From an uncultured virus (IMG/VR IMGVR_UViG_3300043101_000273) (lineage: Duplodnaviria > Heunggongvirae > Uroviricota > Caudoviricetes), in IMG/VR virus record IMGVR_UViG_3300043101_000273: 64,000 nucleotides of DNA. One strand, 5' to 3'. The notes under the pieces were generated by a model. It saw only the letters and a list, made by a program, of their open reading frames with translations, had not been told where the DNA came from and made no database searches. The translations under genes and the position numbers were made by a program. Positions 33,680-45,300 of this stretch are shown here, one piece after another. Each line of letters opens with the position of its first letter. Position 1 is the stretch's first letter.

Positions 33680-34016
33680 AATAAAAACCTCCTTATAAAT
33701 GTGTGTGATTGTTAAGAATTTATTTCTTTCCCTTAACTTGTTTATATTATATCATACATTTTATCATTTGTCAAGCGTTTTTTAAAATATTTTTTAAATA
33801 AAAAAGGAGCATAATAGCTCCTTTAATTTTAAATACATTTATATTCTTTTACCCAATCTTTAATTCTAATAAAAAAGGAATATTGTGTATATGCTTTTCT
33901 ATGCTTTACCAGTTACATAAAGAAATAGTAAATCTTTTTGCATTAGGATTATTCTTATTTATTTTTACAGTAGCTTTGAGTTTTTATCAAAATAGTTAAA
34001 AGCCATATATTTTTAA

Positions 34017-34628
34017 TTAAAATTCCTCTGTATCTTTAGCATAGTATTTCTTTTTCAATTCTTCTACCAGTTTTTCTTGTGTTTTACTAGGCAATGATAT
34101 TTGTTTAAAAATTTCCGACTTTTCTTCTAAAAATCTTTTTTGTCTTATTATAGTTTCTTCATAATCTTTTTTAAACTTATTAATATTTTGTTTAGTTGCA
34201 TAATAATCACAAAAAGGAATTATCACTAAATTTTTATCTTTAGTTATTTTTTCTTTTATTTCATTCAACTTATCAATTTTATTACAATCTCTTAACAACT
34301 TTAAAACACTTAACCCAAAAGCTTCACATTCAAAATTAAATGGTGGTACATATCGAATATAACCCGTACAACCATTAAGAACTTCAAAATCTTTTGTCAA
34401 TGAGGTCAGCCACAAATCTTCGATATCATCAACAAATTGAAACTTTGTACCTGTTGGCACTAAATCAAAAAAAATTTTTTTAACTATTTCAAGACCTTTT
34501 TTGTCAATTATCCCAATACCAAAATCAGACATAAGACTATATTTTTTTATAATATTTTCTTTTTGTTCTTTTGTAAAAAAATTGCTTAAATTGTAATAAT
34601 CCAAATAATTAAATTTTTCATATTTCAT
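34017..34628 (-). CDS. Hypothetical protein
   Basis: RBS GAGGAGG. Confidence 0.75.
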   Translation of the reverse strand: MKYEKFNYLDYYNLSNFFTKEQKENIIKKYSLMSDFGIGIIDKKGLEIVKKIFFDLVPTGTKFQFVDDIEDLWLTSLTKDFEVLNGCTGYIRYVPPFNFECEAFGLSVLKLLRDCNKIDKLNEIKEKITKDKNLVIIPFCDYYATKQNINKFKKDYEETIIRQKRFLEEKSEIFKQISLPSKTQEKLVEELKKKYYAKDTEEF

Positions 34629-34953
34629 TTTTATTATTCCTCCTCATTGTTTGTATGATATTTAATTTTAATTTTACTTAATAATTTTTTTATCAGTGAG
34701 AAACTTTTCCATATTACCACGCTACAAAATAAAAATCCAAATATTTCATATATAATCTTTTTTATAATTCAAGTATATTATATCACATATTTTATGATTT
34801 GTCAATTTTTCTTTTGGAAAATATAAACTTTTACTATACGCAGCAATTAAATATTACGATTAAATATTATAATAGATTTTTTTCTTAATAAAAAAAGAAG
34901 ATAATTGTTCTTATCTTCTTTTTTTAAATTAATAATTGTTTTTTCTATTTGTT

Positions 34954-35373
34954 TTAATTTTTTGTATCGGGATTTTTAAAATCAATTGTTATAGTATGAT
35001 TATATGCAAGATTATCGTGTATAACACAAAAACCGCCAGTTGTTTTAATTTTTAATTCATTAAATCTTTTATTAATAATACTCCTATTCTTTTTAAACTT
35101 CTTAACCATTTTTTTATAATTATTATTTTTAGTATCAATATAAATCACTTCATTAGCCTTACCACAAAATTCATAAAAAACTTCATCATATTTTAAATCA
35201 ATATCTTTTTTAATAAATGTAATAAATAAAATACTTATTGAATTTTTCTTATAATCATAAAAAGTTAGATTGTCACAATAATTATCAATTTTGTTTTGAT
35301 ATCTAATAAACATATCTTTAATTTTTGCTTTAAAACAATCTTCCCCAATAGAAATATTGATTTCTTTTTTCAT
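34954..35373 (-). CDS. Hypothetical protein
   Basis: RBS AAAGGA, terminator. Confidence 0.65.
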   Translation of the reverse strand: MKKEINISIGEDCFKAKIKDMFIRYQNKIDNYCDNLTFYDYKKNSISILFITFIKKDIDLKYDEVFYEFCGKANEVIYIDTKNNNYKKMVKKFKKNRSIINKRFNELKIKTTGGFCVIHDNLAYNHTITIDFKNPDTKN

Positions 35374-35829
35374 TAAAAACAAATCCTTTCTAAAATATTT
35401 TTAGGTTTATATAAAAGCGTTTATTTGCCGTTTTAAGAGGTTTTATCTTTTAGTCTATAAATTCTTCAATAAAATAATTATTGTTTAAAATACAGCCGTC
35501 TGCAAGCAAAATATTGTATAATTAAAATCTTTTAACAATACAAAACTTCTTATAATATAAATTTCTTAATAATACAAACACTTTTAGTAACATAAATTCA
35601 TTTGTAATCATATAAAATATTTTTATTAAGAATTTAACATATATGCTATTAAAATAACTCACAATCCAATTTTAAGCGGTCTTTATCATTTAATAGATAA
35701 TTGCTTAACAAAAATAAAACAACGCTGTATGATTGAATATAAAGCAAATAAATATATAAAAGGTGAGATTTTACTCTCACCTTTGTTTTATCACTCCTTT
35801 TTTAATAATATCTTCCGAATAATGCTTTT

Positions 35830-36048
35830 TTAATAACTTACTGTATTGTATGTCATTCTGCTTGTTACTCTATCATAATTACATTTGTAATAGCCATACA
35901 CTATAAAATTCTTTTCACGCTGCGTATCATATCCATAAGATTGAATAAATAAATTTTTCATTGGAATACCTGTCAGCTTTTTTACTACCCTTTTTAATTC
36001 TTTATCTTCATTCGTATTAACTCGTGCATATCCAGTGTTTATAAACAT
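35830..36048 (-). CDS. Hypothetical protein
   Basis: RBS GAAAGGAG. Confidence 0.75.
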   Translation of the reverse strand: MFINTGYARVNTNEDKELKRVVKKLTGIPMKNLFIQSYGYDTQREKNFIVYGYYKCNYDRVTSRMTYNTVSY

Positions 36049-36071
36049 ATTAAAAACAATCTCCTTTCATA

Positions 36072-36620
36072 TCATTTAATTTCAAATAACAGTGCGTGAA
36101 TTTTATCATATTTACGGCTTGATGGGTTTTTAAATTTACTATTGATTTTCACCATACCTTTCAATTCACAATTGTTTTGAACAAACACCCAAGCAAGTTC
36201 GATAGCACTTGACCAAGTAGAAGAAAATGTAAAATGAGTAAATCCAAACTTTCTAAATAAGTTTATATATTCAATTGCACTTTCATTCCTGTGGCAATCA
36301 ATATCAACATAATCATTGTTCCTGTCTTTCATACTTTCGTAAAGGTCAAATGCTGCTTCGTATTCCTCTCCTTTTTCTCGGATTTTAGCTCTAAAAGCAT
36401 CATATTTTTCGAGAATTTCTTTTCTAACATCTCCGTCTTTTTCATTACAAAGACTTGTTGCTATTTCTCTTATTTTTGAATATTCATTCTCAAAGTTATT
36501 AGAAATAACTTCTTCATTATTCTTTTTTTCAAGATATTCCTTTTCTCTTTTTATCCTATCTTCAACTGTTTCAAAAATGTTTGTCGGTACTGTAAAATCC
36601 TCTTTCATTCTTATTGTCAT
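36072..36620 (-). CDS. Hypothetical protein (FTFSSTWSS motif)
   Basis: Cassette architecture. Confidence 0.8.
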   Translation of the reverse strand: MTIRMKEDFTVPTNIFETVEDRIKREKEYLEKKNNEEVISNNFENEYSKIREIATSLCNEKDGDVRKEILEKYDAFRAKIREKGEEYEAAFDLYESMKDRNNDYVDIDCHRNESAIEYINLFRKFGFTHFTFSSTWSSAIELAWVFVQNNCELKGMVKINSKFKNPSSRKYDKIHALLFEIK

Positions 36621-36737
36621 AATTAAATCCTCCTTTAGAAATTCATTTTATTGTGTGTGTGATTAACTAAGGTTTTGTTGTTCTCTCTTAACTTAATTAT
36701 ATTATACCACGCATTTTACGATTTGTCAAGAACTTTT

Positions 36738-37112
36738 TTAATTTTCTTGTATAATATAATCAATTACTTTTTTTGCACTATCAGCCATTTCAGTGGATAA
36801 ATTAGAAAAGTCAATATCCTTATCAACAATTATTGTTGTAATTTCTTTATCTACACTATTATCATTTTCATTCTTTACTAGGTAACAAGTAAAACAATCA
36901 GAAATTTCATCTTCGTCCTCATCTTCCAGTATTTCTATTGGTGTGGCTGTGGCAATAAGGTGTTCTACCATAACTGTTATATCTTCTACTGTCACCCATA
37001 CTCTTGCACCTACCTCAAAATCCACACAATCATTGTTACTATGATAATTGTGGATTTCATTTCTCATTTTATTATAAGCAGCTGCCGTTGTACAATTACA
37101 TTCAAACTTCAT
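36738..37112 (-). CDS. Acidic hypothetical protein
   Basis: Cassette architecture. Confidence 0.8.
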   Translation of the reverse strand: MKFECNCTTAAAYNKMRNEIHNYHSNNDCVDFEVGARVWVTVEDITVMVEHLIATATPIEILEDEDEDEISDCFTCYLVKNENDNSVDKEITTIIVDKDIDFSNLSTEMADSAKKVIDYIIQEN

Positions 37113-37265
37113 AAATCAAAACCTCCTTAAAAATAATGAAAAATAATGTGTTTTTAAATTTCTTATCTTGTTTATATTATACTATATATTTTATGTTTTG
37201 TCAAGAACTTTTTTTGATAAATTATAAAAATTTTAAAATAAAAAAGGGTGAAATTAATCACCCTC

Positions 37266-38252
37266 TTACTTCTCATAGATAACGTGTTTATTATATTCCA
37301 TTTTTATTATGTTTTTAAGTGTTAAAACATTTTCATTATCTGAATAATGAGAAAAACTTTTTGCCCCTAACTTTTTAAGAACTCTTTTATCTACTATATT
37401 ATAAGTCCATCCATCTTCTTCCTTGTTTACAATATAATGTTTTATATTATAATTAATATCTTTAATTGTTGTCTTTGTAATATTATTATTAAATTCAAAG
37501 GTAACAATTACTTTATTTTTTGCTAATTTTAAACTATTGAACATATCAGCTTCCCATTGTTCAATAAAAACTCCTTTTTTAATACATTCTTCCGTTTGTT
37601 TTGCCTTTTTTCTGAAAAACTTAATTATATCTTTTTCATTTTCAATAACATTTTTTATAATGTCATTTATTCTGCTTTTAATTGGGTAATATCCGCAAAT
37701 ATCAGATAAAATATCTGTTTTAGATAATTTTCCCTTGTTATATATTTTTTCTATACAAAGTTTAAAATAATACCCAAAAACGTCTGCATCTTCCAATACC
37801 AATTTTCTTACAAGATATTCACTTACAGTACCAATATCATCAGAATTATCTTTTGAAATTTTTACATTCTTATAGTGCTGCATAAATTCATTATAAAATA
37901 AATCATTATATTGGTTTGTTATTTCAGATATTAAAGATACATCACTGGGAAAACCTGTATTTGCCAAATCGTCCAAACCAAAAAATTTATTATCTACAAT
38001 ATAAAAGTCTGTTGCAAAAATACTATCTTCTCTTGCAATTGCCACAAGATTAAGTCCTTTATGACAATCACCAATCAAATCCAAAACAACACTGTGTACT
38101 CCATCTTCCTTATACTCTGCACAATATATATATTTTGCTTGACATACTTCATTAACAACAAAGCTATAAAGCGTATCTTTTATCTTAAAATCAAAAGTAG
38201 TTCTGTTTTCTTCAATAGCCTGTTTGATTTTTTCAAATAAAGTCCTATTCAT
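37266..38252 (-). CDS. Hypothetical protein, family D (~320 aa)
   Basis: LFEKIK.....T.FDF, A.YI, DIC.Y, EQWE, V.VTF, I.K..Y....(F/Y)E shared with 39583, 42335, 62190. Confidence 0.85.
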   Translation of the reverse strand: MNRTLFEKIKQAIEENRTTFDFKIKDTLYSFVVNEVCQAKYIYCAEYKEDGVHSVVLDLIGDCHKGLNLVAIAREDSIFATDFYIVDNKFFGLDDLANTGFPSDVSLISEITNQYNDLFYNEFMQHYKNVKISKDNSDDIGTVSEYLVRKLVLEDADVFGYYFKLCIEKIYNKGKLSKTDILSDICGYYPIKSRINDIIKNVIENEKDIIKFFRKKAKQTEECIKKGVFIEQWEADMFNSLKLAKNKVIVTFEFNNNITKTTIKDINYNIKHYIVNKEEDGWTYNIVDKRVLKKLGAKSFSHYSDNENVLTLKNIIKMEYNKHVIYEK

Positions 38253-38293
38253 AATAAAATCCTCCTTAATTATATAAAGTATTATATTTATAT

Positions 38294-38419
38294 TTAGAAA
38301 AGAAAAGTTAAAACAATACCTATAGCTTTAAAAATATTACCAAGATATGCTATTCCTGTTGCTATTGTTATGGTAAACAGTTTATATAAGATTAACGGAA
38401 TTAATATAAATACTCCTAT
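38294..38419 (-). CDS. Hydrophobic micropeptide, 41 aa (ATA start)
   Basis: IGVFILIPLILYKLFTITIATGIAYLGNIFKAIGIVLTFLF; RBS GAAAGGAGG 8 nt upstream. Confidence 0.55.
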   Translation of the reverse strand: MGVFILIPLILYKLFTITIATGIAYLGNIFKAIGIVLTFLF

Positions 38420-38486
38420 AACAAAAACCTCCTTTCGAAAAATTCTTTAAAATTGTCTTTTAAAAAACATCTTTTAAAAATTCTTT

Positions 38487-38612
38487 TTATATTGCAAATG
38501 CACTTACTATTGTAACAAATAGATAAGTAGCCATTAAATTTCCCAAAAAATCAAATACTGCATTTCCAGTAATTAATGTAATCAAATGTAAAAAAGCACA
38601 TACTGATATCAT
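38487..38612 (-). CDS. Hydrophobic micropeptide, 41 aa
   Basis: MISVCAFLHLITLITGNAVFDFLGNLMATYLFVTIVSAFAI; RBS GAAAGGAG. Confidence 0.7.
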   Translation of the reverse strand: MISVCAFLHLITLITGNAVFDFLGNLMATYLFVTIVSAFAI

Positions 38613-38630
38613 TATAGTAAAGCTCCTTTC

Positions 38631-38762
38631 TTATAAATTAAGCAACTTTAATAAAATTATTGCTCCCCAAAATTTAATCCAAGTAAAAATGTGACTTACA
38701 TTATTAAGTACTGTATCATTTGTAGCTATTGCATATAAATAGTATACCGCTAACATTATCAT
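38631..38762 (-). CDS. Hydrophobic micropeptide, 43 aa
   Basis: MIMLAVYYLYAIATNDTVLNNVSHIFTWIKFWGAIILLKLLNL; RBS AAAGGAG. Confidence 0.7.
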   Translation of the reverse strand: MIMLAVYYLYAIATNDTVLNNVSHIFTWIKFWGAIILLKLLNL

Positions 38763-38807
38763 AGTAAAAACTCCTTTTTATAATTTATTCTTCGTGTTTG
38801 TTGCTTT

Positions 38808-38921
38808 TTAAAAAAATACCTTAAAAACAGCACCTATAAGAGCCATAATTCTACATACAATATCAAATACCGTAAAATTAGTATAGACTCCATATATAAC
38901 AAGTATTTCAAATAAACCCAT
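38808..38921 (-). CDS. Hydrophobic micropeptide, 37 aa
   Basis: MGLFEILVIYGVYTNFTVFDIVCRIMALIGAVFKVFF; RBS GAAAGGAG. Confidence 0.7.
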   Translation of the reverse strand: MGLFEILVIYGVYTNFTVFDIVCRIMALIGAVFKVFF

Positions 38922-38958
38922 ATTAAAGAACTCCTTTCAAATGCTTTTTAAACATAAT

Positions 38959-39312
38959 TTAAAATTCAAGATTATAAAGTTCTCTTGCTTCTTTTTCAGA
39001 TTTTATAATATAATATACTCTAACTGTTTTTTGTGTTCCATCGGGAGAAATACTTGCTATTTCTACTGGAATATTGCCAGCAAAAGTATAATCAATAGAT
39101 ACTTCTTCTCTGCCACCCAAGTTTTCAAAAAATGGAATAGCATCAATACTATTACGGTAGATATCATACGTTATCTTTTTTGTATTTTCCTTATTTGACT
39201 TTCTTTTCCACATTCCTGTATTATCTTTTACATATTCTGTTTTCTTTAAAACAATACAAGCCTTTTTTAAATGTGGGTTATTCTCAATCATTTCTAAATA
39301 TTTGTTCTTCAT
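38959..39312 (-). CDS. Hypothetical protein (FF.NLGG.E...YT.AG.IP....SISPD)
   Basis: Start MKNKY after AAGGAGG. Confidence 0.8.
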   Translation of the reverse strand: MKNKYLEMIENNPHLKKACIVLKKTEYVKDNTGMWKRKSNKENTKKITYDIYRNSIDAIPFFENLGGREEVSIDYTFAGNIPVEIASISPDGTQKTVRVYYIIKSEKEARELYNLEF

Positions 39313-39582
39313 AGTTAAAACCTCCTTAAAAATTTTCAATGTGTATGAATTAAAATGTTTTTGTTACTTCTTAATTTATTTATATTATACCACACTTTTT
39401 ATGTTTTGTCAAATATTTTTTTGAAAATTTTATAAATAGATTTTTTATGAAATATAAAGTTTTTTATTATATTACAAGGATAAATGTATTATACGCTGCC
39501 AGTATTAGAAAATCAGTATTTATAAAAAATAAAAGGTGGAAAAATCCACCTTTAAAAAATATCTTTTAACTATACTCTCCTT

Positions 39583-40660
39583 TCACCTCTTAAATAAAAC
39601 CATACTTTCATAAGTAACTTTTGAAATATCATTTGTACTTATCTTATCTTCACTTTTTAAATTCAACTTCTTAAAAATTTTTTCACCTTCCTCAAAACTA
39701 CAAAAATTATATTTTATAACTGTTGACCTTCTGTCGATATAGTAGAGTAACGCATCTGTGTTAATCTTTCCCTTAGCAGTAATACCATTTATTGTAAATG
39801 ATACGGCTACTGTTTTTATAATATCCTTAACGGCATTTAAAGCCTTTGTAATATCTCTTTCCCACTGTTCTGTGAGTGTGTTATTACTCATCAGCCTTTC
39901 AATATAGAGCATACGTATCTTTAATGCTTTGACGTTATCCTTAATAAAAGATACAGTGCTGTTGATTGTATCTTCTTTTGATGTATAACCGCAAATATCA
40001 CTCAAAACCTGTTCTTTGCAATTTATATTAACAATTTCCTTTATTTCTTCTTCAATTACGTCTGCAATATTTGTATCATACAACTGATAGCTTCTTGCTT
40101 TAACTTTAAGATTAAGAATTTCCTTTTCAATCTTTTCTTCGTCAAAATTCTTCTTAATTCTACTATAAATTCCTTTTAATGCTGCCTTGCAAAGTTCAGC
40201 ACATTCAGTTTCAGACTTGTTAAAAAACTCATCACCTGCTTCAATATCATTATAAAGTTTTTCAGCTGTATTCAAATAAAATTCTGAATATTCATTTACA
40301 ACGTCTGATAAAAGTTTTATATTATTATTTTTTACATTATCATTTATTGCTTCATTGTTAGGCACGGATGAAATAAGTACGTCTTTATTTACGATATAAA
40401 AAGTATTATTTTTTTTCAATCATAGCAAGAGTCATATCTACATCCTCATAAGCACCAATAAGCACCTTAAATGCAATATCCTTTGTAACACGTCTGTCAA
40501 GATAGATATATCTTGCATTATATACCTTCCTAACCATAACTGCACAATATCCATGATTTGATTGTGCTATAAAGTCCTTATCTCTTTCCTTGATACCGTT
40601 TACAATATTGTTGAACAATTCAGTGTCCCACTTGCATTCTTTAATTCTTTCATTAGCCAT
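39583..40660 (-). pseudogene. Family D gene split by a frameshift in an A8 run (40409-40416)
   Basis: ...LAMIEK | NNTFYIV matches FLMIEKNNKFYI of paralog 42335; N-terminus TELF..I...I aligns with 62190. Confidence 0.8.
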
Positions 40661-41153
40661 ATTAAAAATCCTCCTTGTATTTATTTCGTATTATTAAGTC
40701 TTGTCATTCCTTATCTTGTTTATGTTATACTGCACTTTTTATGTTTTGTCAAATATTTTTTGAAAAAATATATTTCTTTATTTGCATTTGAAATAAAACT
40801 AGATTTTATATAACAATTAAAAAATTGTAAAAGACTAAGTAAAAAATTATAAAAAAGCTCTGTATAATATTCAAAGATTTATTATCTGATTTTATATTAT
40901 AATGAATTATTTATATAGTTGGTTTTAATCATTTTTAAAAGTCTACTTAAATAATAGATATTTTATATTTATGGGTATAACAATATATTATAAATAAAAT
41001 AATTTCTGCTCGAGCGGAATAATAATTTAGTAATCAGAAATTAGAATTATAATAAAAAAGATATAATTGTTAAAAAGATTGTTAAAAAATAACAATTTTT
41101 TAACTAATAATATTTCCATAAAAAAATAGGTGGGATTTACTCCCACCTTATTT

Positions 41154-42188
41154 TTAAACTTCTACTGTAGCAATTTTATCATTTATAACAAGTGAACCAT
41201 CTTCAAAGTCAGCAAAATACTTTGCATTAGACTTCTTTATTGTATTTTCAAAGAGTGTTCCTGTCAAAAGTGCGATATTCTTATCTACAATAAACCTACG
41301 CTTTAATACTTCAATCTTATGCTTAAGTTGATTTGTTCGTCCTTCAAGATAAGTCTTTTTTTCTTCATTATCCATACTTGCAATAATGTTTTCTTGCTTA
41401 TTGAGTTCTTCTTGTAAAATCAAATGATACGCATTTAATTTACCACCACTTTTAACTTGTTCTTGCATTTTTTTTACTGATAGTATTGTACCCAATTGGT
41501 CGATTGCAAGAACAATTGTTCTACACATTCTTGCACCTTTCGCTTCTTTTTTATTTCCAACACCACCATATTCCCCTGTTGGTCTTATCCCGTGGTCAAA
41601 AAGCACATTTTTCTGTTCTTCCGTATAAGTTTCTGAATAAGTTTTAAAATCTTCATAGAGATAGTCCGCAACTTTTTTCTTTAACTTCAAAACATTTAAT
41701 TCTTTTAACATTTCATACAAAGATTTGTTTGTAACAGCCTTTGTAGTATCAAAGGTAGGTCTTCCTACAAGTGAAATGTTAGCTCTTACTTCATTTTCGG
41801 AATATTCTTGTACGTTTTCCAAAAAATCCATATTGCCAACAAATTTCTTAGGAATAACAACATCCATAGTAGGAATGTTTATTTTATTATCGCAAACATA
41901 AGTTTGTGTATGATATCTAAAAGACCGAATTGTATCTTCTAATCCTACTCTTTTAGCAGTATTAGGATTAAGCGTTACAACACCATTTATAACATTTTTC
42001 AAAGAGATATTGGCTTCCTTCTCGTTCAAAATAGCCTTAACTGGTGTTAAAGTCAACTCACTGTCTGCCTTAAATACTCCAAAAGTTTCTGTTACCTTTG
42101 GTGTAATCCTATTGTAGTTGTTGACATAAACAACTCTTGCATTGTTCTTCTCCAATTCATCAAAGACTTCCATTACTGATTTTTGCAT
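41154..42188 (-). CDS. Hypothetical protein
   Basis: 344-aa ORF, cassette architecture. Confidence 0.85.
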   Translation of the reverse strand: MQKSVMEVFDELEKNNARVVYVNNYNRITPKVTETFGVFKADSELTLTPVKAILNEKEANISLKNVINGVVTLNPNTAKRVGLEDTIRSFRYHTQTYVCDNKINIPTMDVVIPKKFVGNMDFLENVQEYSENEVRANISLVGRPTFDTTKAVTNKSLYEMLKELNVLKLKKKVADYLYEDFKTYSETYTEEQKNVLFDHGIRPTGEYGGVGNKKEAKGARMCRTIVLAIDQLGTILSVKKMQEQVKSGGKLNAYHLILQEELNKQENIIASMDNEEKKTYLEGRTNQLKHKIEVLKRRFIVDKNIALLTGTLFENTIKKSNAKYFADFEDGSLVINDKIATVEV

Positions 42189-42334
42189 TTCTGTTTTCCT
42201 CCTTAATAGTAAATTATTGTTAATTTTGTTTAACTCTTAACTTGATTATATTGTACCACATTTTTAACAAAATGTCAAGTATTTTTTTATAATTTTATAA
42301 AAAAGAGGATGATTTTTTTCATCCTCTTAATTTT

Positions 42335-43309
42335 TTATCTTTCAAAAAGAACCTTTTTTCCATAAGTGATTTTTGTTATATGCTTTGTCTGCAAATATTC
42401 TTTATTAACTGTATCACGATTGCTACATTTTGCACCTAATGTTTTAAGTACCTTTTTGCCATCTATTTCATTACAGAATTTATAACTTAAAATTTCATTT
42501 CTACTATTAATAACTGCGAATAATGCTATCGGTGAAATTTTGCCTGTTGCTGATTTATCGTTCATTTTAAAAGTTACATTTAATGCTTTTTCTTTACCAC
42601 TTAAAGAATTTAAAACTTTTATAATGTATGATTCCCATTGTTCCGCAACATCACCATTCTTGATTAAATTTTCAATGTATGCCAATTCTGATTTAAAATC
42701 TATGATAGTATTTTTATTCTTATCTAAAATTTCATTCATAGTATCTTCTTTTGATTTATAACTACAAATATCAGCTAAAACATCAGCTGTTGTAATGCTG
42801 TGATTAAACATATTATTGTAATAAGTTTTCAAAAGATAATCAGTGGCATTTAACTGGTGTATTTTTAACAATCTTGCTGCGTTATTTAATAATTCAATTC
42901 TTTCCTTATTAGTAATTTTTATAGGATTAACAGAATTACAATAATCAAGCATTTTTGTTTTAAGTAACTCATTATATTCTTTTTTTACATCAGATAACAA
43001 GAATACATTATCGGGCATTTTTTCTTTAGGATTGTATTTGAAAAAAGATTCTCCGTAATCTTCATCTGTAATGTAAAATTTATTATTTTTTTCAATCATT
43101 AAAAACTTCATAAGTGATATTGATTTTCCTGTCAATAAGTTATCCATAAATACATTATTCTTTTCATACACATAATCACCGAATATGTATCTTGCTTCAT
43201 AAACATTAGTAACAATAAAATTATAATACTTGTTATATAATTTTAAGTCAAAAGATGTTTTACCGTCTGTAACTGCCTGTTTAATTTTTTCAATTAAATT
43301 ATTGTTCAT
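42335..43309 (-). CDS. Hypothetical protein, family D
   Basis: Paralogy. Confidence 0.85.
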   Translation of the reverse strand: MNNNLIEKIKQAVTDGKTSFDLKLYNKYYNFIVTNVYEARYIFGDYVYEKNNVFMDNLLTGKSISLMKFLMIEKNNKFYITDEDYGESFFKYNPKEKMPDNVFLLSDVKKEYNELLKTKMLDYCNSVNPIKITNKERIELLNNAARLLKIHQLNATDYLLKTYYNNMFNHSITTADVLADICSYKSKEDTMNEILDKNKNTIIDFKSELAYIENLIKNGDVAEQWESYIIKVLNSLSGKEKALNVTFKMNDKSATGKISPIALFAVINSRNEILSYKFCNEIDGKKVLKTLGAKCSNRDTVNKEYLQTKHITKITYGKKVLFER

Positions 43310-43427
43310 AATAAATCCTCCTTAAATATATAAGTGCTGCGTGTGATTTTTTATCTTGTTTATATTATACTACATTCTTTATAATTTGTCAAGTATTTTT
43401 TAAGAAATATATTTTTAAAAATTATAC

Positions 43428-43478
43428 TTAGAAGAATTATATTTAGAAGAATTATATTTAGAAGAATTATATTTAGAA
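43428..43478. repeat. Tandem repeat (TTAGAAGAATTATAT) x3.4
   Basis: Direct reading. Confidence 0.9.
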
Positions 43479-43604
43479 TGTTAAATATATAATTTTTATA
43501 GTATTGCTATTTTAATAAGCGTATTTTATTTAAAAGAGTTTATCAATAATTATATTACTAATTTTTAAACAAGAGTATAAAAAAAGATGGGATTTCTCCC
43601 ACCT

Positions 43605-44279
43605 TTATTTTTCTTTTGCTGTTATCCATAACATATCTCCGTGCTGCAATATGTTTATATCAACATTAGTATCAACGGAACAAAGGATTTCAAATTCTAA
43701 TCCATTTTTAAAGTAATCAGTTAAAGGAATTTCTTTTCCTAATATTCTTGTATATTCTTCACTCGGTATTACATTATATGTAATTGCAACAGCTCCTTTA
43801 ATTTCAGTTTTTAATGCACATAAATCTAACTTAAATAAATTTATATGCAATCCTTTCATATAATTATACACTGCATTTTTAATTTGACATTCTAAACTAC
43901 TATATTCTTCAAGCGGTTTAAATGTAATGTTTGTTGTACTTATTGATGGTTCAATGATTTCTCCATTTGTAATGATATATTCATTAAATAACTTATTACC
44001 ATTTGTATTCATTTTAATAATTTCAATGTTTTCTTCAATATCAGTATAAAGAAATTTGTACCCATATCCATTATTTAAGTATTTAAAACTATCTAAAACA
44101 TCTGTAATTTTATCAATAGCCTTTTCATTACTCCACTGGAATTTATTAAATTTTACAATATAATAATTGTTTATCTTTTCAATACTTGATGGAATAAAAC
44201 AATATTTCTGTAATATTCGACTAATTACATCATACGCTTTATTCTCCATAACTATCTCAATTTTTTGCACCATTCCCAT
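43605..44279 (-). CDS. Hypothetical protein, family B domain plus C-terminal domain
   Basis: GYGYKF motif. Confidence 0.8.
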   Translation of the reverse strand: MGMVQKIEIVMENKAYDVISRILQKYCFIPSSIEKINNYYIVKFNKFQWSNEKAIDKITDVLDSFKYLNNGYGYKFLYTDIEENIEIIKMNTNGNKLFNEYIITNGEIIEPSISTTNITFKPLEEYSSLECQIKNAVYNYMKGLHINLFKLDLCALKTEIKGAVAITYNVIPSEEYTRILGKEIPLTDYFKNGLEFEILCSVDTNVDINILQHGDMLWITAKEK

Positions 44280-44503
44280 TCTGTTATCCTCCTTTTGTTT
44301 TTAATACTATTATGTGTGTTTAAATTATACCTTTGATTTGTTTGTATTATATCGCATTTTTATAATTTGTCAAGATTTTTAAGTAATAATATGATTTATA
44401 TTTTTTTATAAAAAAGGTGGAATTTCTTCCACCTTAATTTTTTTAAATTTTATCACTTCTTCAATATTGATGCGTTATTACTTAAACGAACAACTTTTAC
44501 ACA

Positions 44504-44767
44504 TCAATCAGCTTCATATACAATTCTATACGGCACAGGACAATCTCCAAAAGCTATAGAAGATGTGATATTGTTAAATTCTTCTTCATCATCTAAAAAC
44601 TCTCTAAACTCATCTTCATTCATCAATTCTCTTGTTCTAAAATCACCTTCTTCCGTATAGAGCCAGTTTTCAGCTTCATCCCTGTTATCAAAATAGTAAA
44701 CATCGTAATACCATCTGCCAAAACTATACTTATAAGATATACCATAAATAATTTCTGTTGTGTTCAT
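44504..44767 (-). CDS. Acidic small protein
   Basis: Cassette architecture. Confidence 0.8.
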   Translation of the reverse strand: MNTTEIIYGISYKYSFGRWYYDVYYFDNRDEAENWLYTEEGDFRTRELMNEDEFREFLDDEEEFNNITSSIAFGDCPVPYRIVYEAD

Positions 44768-45300
44768 AATTAAATCCTCCTTGTGTTATGTATTGTTTTG
44801 TATTGTTTTGTAAAAATAAATGTGTGTGTGTTTTGTTTTTATTTATTATCATTATACCACATTTTTTACGATTTGTCAAGAACTTTTTTATTTATATAAT
44901 TATATTGTATGCTGCTTGATTATTAAATTTTATACTCATAATTAAATATTTAATACATTTTTATCTATCCTTTGTTTTTTTGTAGTGTTGATATTATCAA
45001 TTACTATATAATAACAAAAAATTCTTTTTCCACAATAAAAAACTTTAATAAATATGTATGTATAATTTTTATCTATATCATTTAGTTTTATAAAACATCA
45101 GATAGCTTTATTATTTTTCTATTTATATAGAAGAAATTTTTTTAATCAACATACAATAATCATAAAAAATAAATTTAATTTTTCAAAAAAACCACTTGAC
45201 AAAATATAAAAAATGTAGTATAATATAAACAAGCTAAGAAGTAAGAACTTTTTAGAATACACATATACTATTTCAGATATTTGAAGGGAGATTGAGAAAT

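Noticed and set aside
43428..43478. 15-bp tandem repeat as CRISPR or iterons
   Set aside because: No spacers; a simple slippage repeat, like 12970-13008, 57503-57530 and 60951-60983.
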